The position numbers were made by a program, and so were the translations under genes. A stretch of DNA of 64,000 nucleotides from Mobula hypostoma (Eukaryota). This document shows, one piece after another, positions 51,856 through 63,929 of this stretch. The notes beneath the pieces were generated by a model. The model was given only the letters and a program-made list of their open reading frames with translations. It had not been told where the DNA came from and did not search any database. Each line of letters starts with the position of its first letter. Position 1 is the first letter of the stretch. The stretch covers positions 131,936,001 through 132,000,000 of the forward strand of contig NC_086099.1 in assembly GCF_963921235.1 (NCBI RefSeq). The letters are read 5' to 3'.

Positions 51856-53909
51856 CCATACTAATATCTGCTAATGACACCTCTGTCGCTGGCTATATCA
51901 GAGGTGGTGATGAATCAGCGTATAGGAGCGAGTTTGAAAATCAGATGTAGGGGGACCTGAGAATAACCTTTCTCATCCTGAGAGTGGTGAATTGCCGGAA
52001 GATACCTTTGGAGAAAGCGGTGGGAGCAGAATCGCTTAAGAAGTGTCCAGGCAGGCACTTGAAAATGATGGCCATGAGCCAAGGAATGGAAGATGGAATT
52101 AAAATGCATGATTGCACACAGGTTGTCATGCATGTGATGGCCCAAATGGCCTGTTTCCCTGCTGTATGACTCTACAAATAGTAAGCATTTAACTTTATTA
52201 CTAAGTGATGTCAGCACAAAATGTTGATGGGATTAACTGAACACAATTTTTATATTCATAACATCTTTTACCATTATGTTTATCAACATAAATGGTGGGA
52301 TCTTTCTTCATTTACAATTAAGGTATCTTTCCTTAATTCCAAATCACATATCCAAAACCAATGAAGGCAGTCTTGCATTTTGAATCAAATGGAGACAGCT
52401 TTCTTTATAGCTTGCACCTTTTTGTCAAGAAAATTAGTGGTGGTGTTTATATTTCTTTGTATAATAGTGAAAAACTTTGGAACGATAACCATAAATGAAA
52501 ATAATATCAACAGTGTTACTAGCAATTATTTAATTTGTTTCCTTCAAATGCCATCAAATCGCTCTTTATCTAATGGGTCATACACATAGTGACTCTGTAA
52601 TGTGTTAACATGATTGAGTGTCATGTTTCTTCTGTAACGACAGCTGCAAGTATGCTAGATGAACTTGACCGAGCTGTTTTGGATTTGATCCCTTGGGTAG
52701 TGTTAATTTTCTAGAATTTCCTGTTACATGAAGAATGCACCTGAATCAATATATTCATATGTCATTGATATGCTAATTTTAGTTTATATACATGGATAAT
52801 ATTCGGACCTCACAAGTTGAAGAGCTTTTACTACTGCCAAATAAGGAAATAACAGTTGAAAAATGGGACAATTTAATAGTTAGTATGTCATTCGACCATA
52901 AGACATAGGAGCAGAATTAGGCCATTCAGCCCATCAAGTCTGCTCCACCATTTGATCATTGCTGATTTATTATCTCTCTCAACCGCATTCTCCAAATAGA
53001 GCCAGTAGAAACTCCATCAGCAAGTTAGCAATCACAAAATATAAGTTACAAAAAAGTGCCAAGTTCTCTTAAGTACTGTATATTCTTCACATTTTTGATC
53101 ATTTAAAAGTAAATAACACAGTAAATTTTAAAAATCCTTCTTTTCTAATTTAGGATCTGATAGCGCACGTGCATTGCCAAGTCATGTAAACAATATATTT
53201 AGTAAATGATACTGGAAGGAATTCCAACCCTCCATTCCATTTTGTCTTTTGTTGCCTGCCTGGTACAAAAAAGGGTGCTAGCAGTTGAAATGCCTTATTA
53301 CACTTACCTCTTTTAACCTTGTTCCAATATATATATTCTCTGTTTAAAAGTTGAGATGTACACCTTTTAGATGGAGACAGCTTTCCATTTTAACTCTGCA
53401 GTTTGTAGAGATCTTAGTCTGTCCTAATATCTGTACTCTATGCTTATTGGAAAGACTTGACAGCTATTTTCTATAATGCTTTTCCACTGCAAACTTCAGA
53501 CCTTCACTCTACTAAATGGGTGTACCAAATTTTACCAGCAAACAGCTACAAACCTGAGCTGAACCTGTGTCCGGAAAATGTGTAGGTGTTGGCAATGTAG
53601 AGAACTCTATTGGCTGTAAGTTCATTTAGGACCTGTGGTAAGGTCAACTCACCAAGCAGAATTTTACTGGTAACTGGCATCAGGGACTCAGGTGAGCAAC
53701 TGTGTGACTGGAGAGAGTGTGTGGCAGTCAGAGCCTCTGTTGGGTTCTTAAAGGAACAGGGATTAGTTTGGGTTGGCCTTTGTGTATGGAAAAAGGTGAG
53801 TCAGAGTCTGGGCCAGTTGGGAGCTCTATGGGACAGGGAGCAGGTGAGTTCAATATCCTAGGGTGAGTACAGCAGGGAAAATAGTAGGGTGGCCCTGGAA
53901 AGGTAATGA

Positions 53910-54692
53910 GACTCTGCAGGATTGATACCAGACAGGGGTAGCTGGAGCAAACAGATGGGTAGCTGGACTCTACAAGGCAGATATCAGACAGGGGTAACTA
54001 GACTCCAGAGGGCAGATAGCAGTTAGGGGTAGCTAGAACTGCCAGAGAGGGGCAGTTGGACCCTGCAGGGTAGATACCAGATAAGGGTATCTGGCCTCTG
54101 CAGGGCAGATACCAGACTGGGGAAGTTGGACTCTTCAGGGCAAATACCAGACAGATAGGAGAAATCCACAGGACAGCTACCAGATAGGGGTAGCTGAAAT
54201 CCACAGGGCAGATAACAGACAGCGGTAGTTAGAACCTGTAGGGCAGACACCAGATATGGGAAGTTGTAATCTGAGGGCAGATACCAGACAGGTAGCTGGA
54301 ACTACCAGATGGGTAGCTGGGCTCTACAGGGCAGATACCAGACAGGTAGCTGGAACTACCTGATGGGGAGCTGGGCTCCACAGGGCAGATACCAGACAGC
54401 GGTAGTTGGAATCTGCAGGGCAAATACTAGACAGGTAGGAGAACTCCTCAAGACAGCTACCAGACAAGGGTAGCTGAACTCCATAGGGCAGATAACAGAC
54501 AGCGGTAGTTACAACCTGAAGGGCAGACACCAGATATGGGAAGTTGTAATCTGACAGGGCAGATACCAGACAGGGGTAGCTGGACTCCACAGGGCAGATA
54601 CCAGACAGCAGTAGTTGGAATCTGCAGGGCAAATACCAGACAGGGGTAGCTGGACTCTGCAGGGCGGATACCAGACAAGGGTAGTTGGAACT
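53910..54692. repeat. ~35-bp minisatellite with higher-order duplication
   Basis: The unit is approximately GGGCAGATACCAGACAGGGGTAGCTGGACTCCACA, in roughly 20 diverged copies. A variant block at about 54138-54292 recurs at about 54418-54575. Confidence 0.9.
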
Positions 54693-55509
54693 AGTTCAAA
54701 CCCACATGAACCACAGGTTACAGGCTACAGTGAACTATAGTGAATCTGTGCCTGGCTACCAATGTGACAACTATCCCGTAAGCCAGGCCACAGGCTTACA
54801 ATTGTACATATAAGGTAAAGACGGAACTGCAGCTGGATCATGTAGCACACAAAGTACTGAAACCTGATACTGCACGCAGTGTGGCTCACCAAAGTATGAA
54901 CAGTGCATCCAGGGTAGAGATATAGGGGAAAACTTGATAAGAAATAATATGAGAATAATGGAAACTTTGAAATGGGGAGCTTTCATTCCAGGATAAGTGA
55001 CTGCGTTGTTGACAAAAACTTGTAGTAAAAAAAATGTTTGTTCTGAGGATAAACCCCGAACTTTGTATGAATGCTTTCCATCTAGACTGAGGGTTGCAGG
55101 GGGAGCCCGGTATTACTGGAAAGAGGCACTGGGGAGAGACAAAAGGAAATGTTGTTTCAATGTACTGCTTGTTATATTCACTGAAATGAAGCGATGTCTG
55201 AGATAATCTCATTTGTTTTGTGCAATGAATAGAGGTCTATAGGACCGCACTCTTGCAGTCACTGCCACAGCTGTGCTTGTGTCTGTTCAAATAGAAATTC
55301 TTTGAGTATTCCTTGGAAGCCATTCTTCTCTATGTCATACTTTATAGCAGCATATCAGTGGGCTGTGGAATGAGTTCCACCACAATATGTTTACCACCCT
55401 TATGTATATCATAAAAATTATCTTTGTATCTAAACCTTCACCTCCCATGATCCAAGGACACAGATAAAATGTCAACGACATTTGAATCATATAAAGTATC
55501 AAACAGATG

Positions 55510-55770
55510 GATTTCACACAGAAGCCAGCCAAGTTAAAGATGGCAGATTTTCTTTAAAGTACTTTGGTCTGTTCAGTGTGTTTTTATGACAACCCTTTCA
55601 TTTCACATGTACCAGGACAAGTACTAGCTTTTTATTGCAGATTTATTTAATTTGTTGAATTTAAGTTTTCTGCTTGTCATGTAGGAATTAAATTCATATC
55701 CATTAAATTATGTCTGCATTAAATTCATCTCTTTGGATCATGGCCTAACCATTTCTCTTACCAACATATT
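55510..55770 (-). mobile_element. Old chondrichthyan SINE remnant
   Basis: tactagctttttattgcagatttatttaa...gaatttaa and gatggcagattt resemble, from memory, the reverse complement of a common shark/ray SINE body. Confidence 0.4.
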
Positions 55771-56129
55771 GGAGTACTCTAGGCAATGTAATTTTGTTTA
55801 GCTGGATGGCAGAGTACCTTGCTTCTTGCCGTTGGCCTTTCGTATGCCTGTGTTCTGGCATGCTTCTCACCTTCAGCATCGTGGCGAGCTCAAGCAAGTG
55901 AGTCAGTAAGTCTTCCCCTGGCAGTGCAGTACTAATTAACCGTATGAGTTCCTTTTCTCCAATACAGTGTCAGCCTGTGCAAATAGTGCTAGACCCATAA
56001 GGTACTGGGCCCAATAGTTCAGTGCAACAATATGGCTGCTCTACATTTTTTCACTTGACATACATTTGTGCTTATGTATCCTCATAGTATATTCAAGTGT
56101 TCCTGTGCAGTAGCACCCCCCCCCATACT

Positions 56130-58560
56130 AGATGCTGATGCAGCTAGTTAGAATGTAGATCTGTACAAATTTGTGAGTGTCTTTGGTGACAAACCAAATC
56201 TCCTCAAGCTCCTTATGAAATATAGCCACTGTCATGCCATCTTTGTAGCTGCACCGATATGTTGGGTCCAGGTTTGGTCCTCTGAGATAATGACGGCCAG
56301 GAACCTGAAATTGCTCAATCTTTCCACTTCATTTTTTTATATAATTCAAATTTTTATTATTATTTATTCTTATTTTACAAAGCAGCACAGCATATCTTAG
56401 AGCAGATACAGTACAACATATTTACACAGCCATCCCATGACAGGAAAACAAATAAAACTTAAAGAAGAACAGAAAGAAGTTCTAATTTGTTTTAATTAAC
56501 ATACAACCAAAATTGATCCCATGCATCTTGCACTTTGCTCTCACTGTTAAACCAGTTATACTCCTCGCTCTGGAATAATCCTGAGATATGCATTGGGAAA
56601 AGAATGGTGTACTGGAAAGAATGGAAGATTAAAGGTGTAAATACAGTAGGTGATCTCTAAGAGAATGGGATTTTTATGTCTGTCATCTGTGGATTTGCAC
56701 AGGAAATATAATTTTGTAGATAAAGGGAATTTTTGGAAGTATTTACAAATCTTTCCACTTCTGATCCCTTTATGAGGACTGGTATGCATTCCCTCAACCT
56801 TTCTGAAGTCTGCAATCAGTCCTTTGAGTGCGAGGTTCTTGCCACTCAACACCACTCAAATAGTTAGTATATCGTGCTCCTTCATGCCCTCTCATCACCT
56901 TATTAAATTCTGCCAACAATAGTCGTATCATCAGGAGATCAATAGGTGACATTTGACCTGTGCCCGGCCACACTGTCATAGGTATAGAGAAAGTGGAGCA
57001 GTGGGCTACGCGCATATCCCTGAAGCACACCAGGGTTGATTATCAGCGAGGTGGACGTATTATTCCCAATCCACGTACGTTGTGGTATTCCGGTTAGGAT
57101 GTCGAGGATCCAGTTGCAGAGGGAGGCACAGAGGCCCAGGTTCTGGAGCTTTTCAATCAGAACTGTAGGAGCGATTGTGTGAAACGCTGAGCTGTCGTCA
57201 ATAAACAGCATTCTGACATAGGTATTTGTATTGCCCAGGTGATCCAAGACTGTGAGAAGAGCTAATGAGACCACATCTGCTGTAGGCCTATTGTGGCAGT
57301 AGGAAAATTGCAGTGGGTCCAGGTCCCTGCTGAGACAGGAGTTAATTCTAGACTTTACCAAGCTCTCAAAGTACTTCATCACCGTAGATGTGAGTGCTAC
57401 TGAACGATAGTCGTTAAGGCAGCTCATCCTGCTCTTCTTGGCCACTGGTATAATTGAAGCCCTTTTCACTTCTGACCAGCAGTCAGAGATTGAAAATGTC
57501 TTTGAACACCCCTGCCAGTTGGTTGACACAAGTTATCAGAGCCCTGCCAGATACTCCATTGCCGTCTGTCACCTCGCGAGGGTTCTCCCTCTCAAAAGAC
57601 AGCCTGGTGTCGGCCTCCAAGACAGAGGTCACAGGGTCACCAGGTGCTGCAGGGATCCTCATGACTGTAGCATTACTCTCCCTTTCAAAGCGTGCATAAA
57701 GGATGTTGAGCTCATCTAGAGCTAAGGCATCACTGCTATTCAGGATGTTCCGTTTTGCTTTGCAGGAAGTAATAGACTGCAAACCCTGACAGAGCTGACG
57801 TGTGTCCGATACTGCCTCCAACCTCATTCGGAATTGTTCCATTGCTCTTGAAATAGCCTCTGCAAATCGTACCTGGTTTTCTTCTACACACCTGGGTCAC
57901 CAGACCTGAATGCAACAGGTCCAGCACTCAGCAGACTGAGAACCTCCACAGCTTCATCCACAGCTTTTGATTTGGGTATGTACAGTATGTTCTCGTAGGC
58001 ACACACTCATCCAGACAAGTTTTAATGAAGTCAGTGACAGGTGTGGCGTACTCGTTCAGACTCGAAGACGAATCTATGAATACAGTCCCGTCCACCAATT
58101 CAAAGCAGGCTTGTCAGTGCTCCTGCACCTCCCTTGTCCGTACCTTCTTGGTCCTCACTACCGGTGCTGCAGTCTTCAGTCCCTGCCTATACTCAGAGAG
58201 TAGAAGTACAGTCAGGTTAGCAGACTTTCCATAGTGTGGGTGTGGGATAGCACGGTAACCTCTCTTGATTGTGGTGTAACAGTGGTCCAATGTGTTATTT
58301 CCTCTGATACTACAAGTGATTTGTTGGTAATAATTATTGAGAGATTTTTTTCAAACTGGCCTGGTTAAAACCCCTAAAATAATGGGGAAGGCATCAGGTT
58401 GGGCTGTTCCATGCTTGTTGATTATGTCACTCAGTTCGTCTAGAGCCAGTTTGACACAGGCCTGAGGTGGGATGTACACCACCAGCAAGATGATGGCTGA
58501 AAACTGTTGCGGCAGATAAAATTTACAACACTTGATCATGAGATGTTCCACTCAGTAAGA
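56130..58560 (-). mobile_element. Rex1/Babar-like LINE (endonuclease and RT), degenerate
   Basis: CLNDYRSVALTSTVMKYFE, LDPLQFSY, YVRMLFID.SSAF.TI, CVNQLAGVFKDIFNL and VYIPPQA motifs. Confidence 0.88.
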
Positions 58561-59129
58561 ATGGTGAAATATTGAGCTAAGTGTTCATTTCCAGCTAAGG
58601 TTGTGTTTTTGAAATTTGATCAATGGTTGGAACACGTGTGGAGAATTAAAGTTGCTAGCTTTATGGTTACTAATAATTGCCACCTAATCTTTAAATATCA
58701 GGCAGCACAATCCACAATCTCAGCATGGCAGTGACAAGGTCTGAAGAAATGTCATCTTGCCTGCTGAATAAAGTGTATTTTTGAAATTACTGTTGTCATA
58801 AGACAAAATGCCTGTGTCATGAGGAGACTACTATTGGGAGCATACTGCACTAGTCCCACTACCTTTTACATGCTGTCAAATAATTGATCAGGAAGCGTGG
58901 CTTGACAATGGGGAGAATATTTGGCTTGTTCAAGCTACTAAAGCATCAATTTAATCACCGAACACACAGGTTCAAAAGAATAAATATCACCTTTCCTTTG
59001 AATTGCAACAGGCTAAAACACTCCCTCCTCTAATATAGTATCCTTGGCAGCAGTGTTGAGCAGTTTGGTTAAGCAGGGCAATGTTGTAATTGTTTTATAG
59101 CTCTTAAAATCCTAGTCCTCACTCTTAAT

Positions 59130-59990
59130 AAAATTTCTACTTTGTCTCCTCCCACTTCCTTCAAACAAAAGGTGTAGCAATGAGTGCTTGCATGGGTCCC
59201 AGCTATATCTGCCTGTTTTTTGGCTACATGAAACAGTCCGTGTTCCAAGCCTACAGTGGTAATTGTCCCACACTTTTCCTATGCTACATCGATGACTGCA
59301 TTGGTTCTGCTTCCATGTGAACTTGTCAACTTCATTCACTTTCCACCCTGCCCTTAAATTTACCTGGTCCATTTCCGACACCTCTCTCCTCTTTCTTGAT
59401 CTCACTGTCTCTATTTCTGGAGACAGCTTATCCACCAAAGTCTATTACAAACCCACAGACTCTCACAGCTACCTGGACTTAACTTCTTCCCACCCTGTTA
59501 CTAATAAAAACGCCATCCCCTACTCTCAATTCCTCCGCATCTGCTCTCAGGATGAGGCTTTCCATTCTAGAATGAAAGAGATGTCCTCCTTTTTCAAAGA
59601 AAGGGGCTTCCCTTCCTCCACCATCAACGCTGCCCTCAACAACGTCTCTTCCATTTCACGCACGTCTGCACTTCCACCATCCTCCCGCCACTCTAGCAGT
59701 AATAGAGTTCCTCTTGTCCTCACCTACTAGCCCACCAGCCTCCGCGTCCAGCACATAATTCTCCAATACTTCCGCCATCTCCAAAGGGATCCCACCACCA
59801 AGCACACCTTTCCCTCCCCACCACTTTCCGCTTTCTGCAGGAGTTGCTTCCTCTACAAATCCCTTGTCTTTTCATCCCTCCCCACTGATCTCCCTCCTGG
59901 TGCTTATCCTTGAACTTATCGCTTCCCTCTGGTGCTCCTCCTCCCTTTCTTTCTTCCATTTCTTTCACCAATTTACTTCCCAGCTCGTTA
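59130..59990 (+). mobile_element. Penelope-like RT fragment
   Basis: YIDD (59285), FHPALKFTWSIS...FLDL...VYYKPTDSHSYLD...KNAIPYSQFLR...RVPLVLTY. Confidence 0.85.
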
Positions 59991-59999
59991 CTTTGGCAT

Positions 60000-62080
60000 T
60001 AGTGGTGGACCAATTGATTCAAAGAGAGAGTGATCTTCACACAGGTCGGGGAGAAATGTTTGAAAAAGGAGCATTTCATGGTGCTCGGCGCATTAGCAGC
60101 AGACTAATCGATTCGAAGAGAGAGTCGCTTTGCACAGGTCGAGGAGAAGTGTGCAGACGCAGAGCTCATCATCGCGCAAAGACACCGAGAAAGCTCCAAA
60201 ATAAAAGAGAGACACTATCTAGCGAAGCGGTCGTTGAAGTTGTGCAAGTCAGAGTAGTAGGGCTTTGGTTTATCGGGGCTTTGGCGAGGATGGGCCTAGG
60301 CAAGGTAGGATACTTCTTTTCCCTGCTCTAACAAGAATAGTGGGTATGACTGTGAGGCCAGTTTTCTGTTCTGGGTGTCAGATGCGGGATGTCTGGGAGA
60401 CTTCCAGCTTCCCTGATGGCCACATCTGTGCCAGTTGTATCGAGCTGCAGCTCCTTAGAGACCGAGTTAGGGAACCGGAGTTGCAGCTGGATGACCTTCA
60501 GCTTGTTAGGGAGAGTAAGGAGGTGATAGACAGGAGCTACAGGCAGGTAGTCACCCCAGGGCCACAGGAGTCAGATAAGTGGGTGACCATCAGGAGAAGG
60601 AAGGGTGGTGGAGAGCACCCCTGTGGCTGTCCCCCTTAATGATAAGTACTCCATTCTGAGTGCTGTTGGGGGGTGGGGTGGGGACTCACCTCAGGGAAGC
60701 AACAGTGGCTGCGTCTCTGGCACTGAGTCTGGCCCTGTGGCTCAGAGGGTAGGGAAAGGAAGAGGAGGGCAGCAGTAATAGGGGACTCTATAGTTAGGGG
60801 GACAGATAGGCAATTCTGTGGGTGCAAAAAGGAAGCAAATATGGTAGTTTGCCTCCCAGGTGCCAGTGTTTGTGACGTTTCTGAGTGTGTCCACAATATC
60901 CTGAAATGTGAGGGTGATCAGCCAGAGGTCATGGTACATACATAGTTAGAAAAAGGGTGGAGATCCTGAAAGCAGAATACAGGGAGTTAGGAAGGAAGCT
61001 GAGAAGCAGGATCTCAAATGTAGTAATCTCGGGATTGCTGCCTGTGCCACATGACAGTGAGTACGGGAATATAGTGAGGTGGAGGATAAATGCGTGACTG
61101 AGAGATTGGAGCAGGGAGCAGGGATTCAGATTTCTGGATCACTGGGACCTCTTCTGGGACAGGTGTGACCTGTACAAAAAGGACGGGTTGCACTTGAATC
61201 TGAGGGGAACCAATATCCTGGCGGTGAGGTTTACTAATGCTATTGAGGAGGGATTAAACTAGATTTGCAGAGGGGTGGGAACCGAAGTGAAGAGGCAGAG
61301 GATGGGGAGGTTGCCGCACAAGTAGAAACAGCTTGTAGGGAGTTTGTGAGGAAGGATAAGCAGATGTTAGAGCAAAGATGCACTCAGCCTGATGGTTTGA
61401 GTTGTAACTATTTTAATGCAAGAAGTATCATTAACAAGGCGGATGAACTTAGAGCGTGGATCAATATGTGGAACTGTGACATTGTGGCCATTACAAAGAC
61501 TTGGATGTCTCAGGAGCAGGAATGGCTGCTGAGTATGCCAGGCTTCAGAAGTTTTAAAAAGAACAGAGCAGGAGGCAAAAGCGGTGGGGCATGACATTGC
61601 TAATTAGCGATAGTGTCACAGCTGCAGAAAAGGATGAAGTCATGGAGGGATGGTCTACTGAGTCAGTGTGGGTGTAATTCAGAAACAGGGAAGGGGCAAT
61701 AACTCTACTGGGTGTTTTTATAGACCCCTCAATAGTAACAGGGATATCAAGGAGCAGATAGGGAGGCAGGTTCTGGAACAGTGCAATAAGTGACATCACC
61801 TTAGCACAAGAGGTTTAGACGGGGTGGAGTTTGTTAGGTGTGTTCGGGAAGGTATCCTGACGCAATATGTAGATAAGCTAGCTGGAGGAAAGGCTGTACT
61901 TAATCTGCTATTAGGAAATGAACCTGGTCAGGTGTCAGATCTCTCAGTGAGAGAGCATTTTGGAGGTAGTGGCCATAACTCTATCTCCTTAACCATAGCA
62001 CTAGAGAGGGATAGGAGCAGACAATGTGGAAAAACATTTAATTGGGGTGGGGAGAAATATGATGCTATTAGGCCGGAACT
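60000..62080 (+). mobile_element. CR1 LINE 5' part (5' UTR, ORF1 zinc finger/coiled coil/esterase, endonuclease start)
   Basis: CSGCQM...HICASCIELQLLRDRV, IGDSIVRG, and YFNARSIINKADEL...DIVAITKTW motifs. Confidence 0.85.
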
Positions 62081-62101
62081 TAGGCTGAGAAGTGGCAGAC
62101 T

Positions 62102-62797
62102 GGGGCGATATACTGTGTCCGGTGCTCCCGATGTGGCCTTTTATATATTGGTGAGACCCGACGCAGACTGGGAGACCGCTTTGCTGAACATCTACGCTCT
62201 GTCCGCCAGAGAAAGCAGGATCTCCCAGTGGCCACACATTTTAATTCCACATCCCATTCCCATTCTGACATGTCTGTCCACGGCCTCCTCTACTGTGGAG
62301 ATGAAGCCACACTCAGGTTGGAGGAACAACACCTTATATTCCATCTGGGTAGCCTCCAACCTGATGGCATGAACATTGACTTCTCTAACTTCCGCTAAGG
62401 CCCCACCTCCCCCTCGTACCCCATCTGTTACTCATTTTTATGCACACATTCTTTCTCTCACTCTCCTTTTTCTCCCTCTGTCCCTCTGAATATACCTCTT
62501 GCCCATCCTCTGGGTCACCCCCCCACCTCCTTGTCTTTCTTCCCGGACCTCCTGTCCCATGATCCTCTCGTATCCCCTTTTGCCTATCACCTGTCCAGCT
62601 CTTGGCTCCATCCCTCCCCCTCCTGTCTTCTCCTATCATTTTGGATCTCCCCCTCCCCCTCCAACTTTCAAATCCCTTACTCACTTTTCCTTCAGTTAGT
62701 CCTGACGAAGGGTCTCGGCCTGAAACGTCGACTGCACCTCTTCCTATAGATGCTGCTTGGCCTGCTGCGTTCACCAGCAACTTTGATGTATGTTGCT
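62102..62797 (+). mobile_element. Young 5'-truncated Penelope-like element: open GIY-YIG frame (62102-62398), 3' UTR and hammerhead terminal repeat
   Basis: Manual translation (missed by the ORF track because it has no start codon): GAIYCVRCSRCGLLYIGETRRRLGDRFAEH...PVATHFN...LRLEEQHLIFHLGSLQPDGMNIDFSNFR*. Confidence 0.92.
62698..62733 (+). ncRNA. Minimal hammerhead ribozyme motif downstream of a PLE GIY-YIG frame
   Basis: AGTC-CTGACGA-AGGGTCTCGGCCT-GAAACGTC-GACT, 300 nt after the endonuclease stop codon. Predicted cleavage after 62729. Confidence 0.85.
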
Positions 62798-62829
62798 TAA
62801 AATAATATTGACTTGCTTTATGCAAGCTC

Positions 62830-62932
62830 GAGAAAATCTGCAGATGTTGGAAATTCAAGCAACACACACATAATGCTGGTAGAACACAGCAGGCCAGGCC
62901 GACATTTTGGGCTGAGAGCCTTCGTCAGGGCT
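62830..62932 (-). mobile_element. Inverted, decayed PLE terminal repeat
   Basis: The reverse complement reads CCCTGACGAAGGCTCTCAGCCCAAAATGTC...ttgaatttccaacatctgcaga. Confidence 0.75.
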
Positions 62933-62934
62933 TG

Positions 62935-63069
62935 ATTTGCTTCAGTTTGTTTTACTGTTTACTGCTCTTTATAGTTTTTTTATAGATATTTAGAAACCTC
63001 ATTATTTTTGAAAGCTTTTTCGCTTTACTGAATTTTTATATGTGCCTAAGAGTTTTGCACAGTACTGTA
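62935..63069 (+). mobile_element. Tc1-like terminal fragment
   Basis: Ends gtgcctaagagttttgcacagtactg-TA, a Tc1-type terminus. Confidence 0.55.
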
Positions 63070-63520
63070 TATAAATATACATTATATATTTACAGATATG
63101 GGAAGAGAACTGGTAGATGGAGTTTAATCTAGGCAAGTGTTAGGTCAAATAAAAGAAGATATATGTGTTTAATGGTAGACCACTTAATAGTTTTGAAGTA
63201 CAGAGGGAACTTTGGGTTCATGTCCACTGAAAATGGTGATGCAAGTGGATAAGGTAGTTAAGAAGGTATATGGAACGCTTGCCATCTTTGGTAAGGGTGT
63301 GGAGTATTAGAGCAGGGAAGTTGTGTCGCAGCTATATAGAAATCTAGGCAGACCCTATGTGATGTTGAATCAGGTTCGTGGGACTGGCAAGTGAGACAGG
63401 AAGTGCACTGACTTTGAATAGGTATATTAATCATTTATTTATAAACAGTAAAAATTCGACCAAACATTCATGTTTCCCAAGTTACAGACACTACAAAGTC
63501 TGGGGAGAAAGACAAGTTGG

Positions 63521-63929
63521 GGGGGGGGGGAGGGAACCCAGAGGATGGGCAAGGGGTATAGTCAGAGGGACAGAGGGAGAAAAAGGAGTAACCCTAACCC
63601 TTGCCCATCCTCTGGGTTCCCCCCCCCGTCTTTCTCCCTGAGCCTCCTGTCCCATGATCCTCTCATATCCCCTTTACCAATCACCTGTCCAGCTCTTGGC
63701 TCCATCCCTCCCCCTCCTGTCTTCTCTTATCATTTTGGATCTTCCCCCTCCCCCTCCCACTTTCAAATCACTTACTAACTCTTCCTTCAGTTAGTCCTGA
63801 CGAAGGGTCTCGGCCTGAAACGTCGACTGTACCTCTTCCTAGAGATGCTGCCTGGCCTGCTGCATTCACCAGCAACTTTGATGTGTGTCGCTTGAATTTC
63901 CAGCATCTGCAGAATTCCTGTTGTTTGCG
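63521..63929 (+). mobile_element. Penelope-like 3' UTR / terminal repeat with short inverted 5' arm
   Basis: 63597-63890 is near-identical to 62495-62797. 63532-63588 is the reverse complement of the overlapping upstream UTR. It ends with the tail ...ttgtttgcg. Confidence 0.88.
63793..63828 (+). ncRNA. Minimal hammerhead ribozyme motif
   Basis: Same 36-nt core as the other copies. Predicted cleavage after 63824. Confidence 0.82.

Noticed and set aside
51200-53600. Possible exons of a neighbouring gene in repeat-poor DNA
   Set aside because: I found no ORF with recognisable homology and no convincing exon structure by eye. Small exons cannot be excluded without alignment.
53910-54692. CRISPR-like array or Cys/Pro-rich repeat protein
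   Set aside because: There are no unique spacers, the context is eukaryotic and there are no cas genes. The ORFs are short, overlap in several frames and are interrupted, as expected for a minisatellite.
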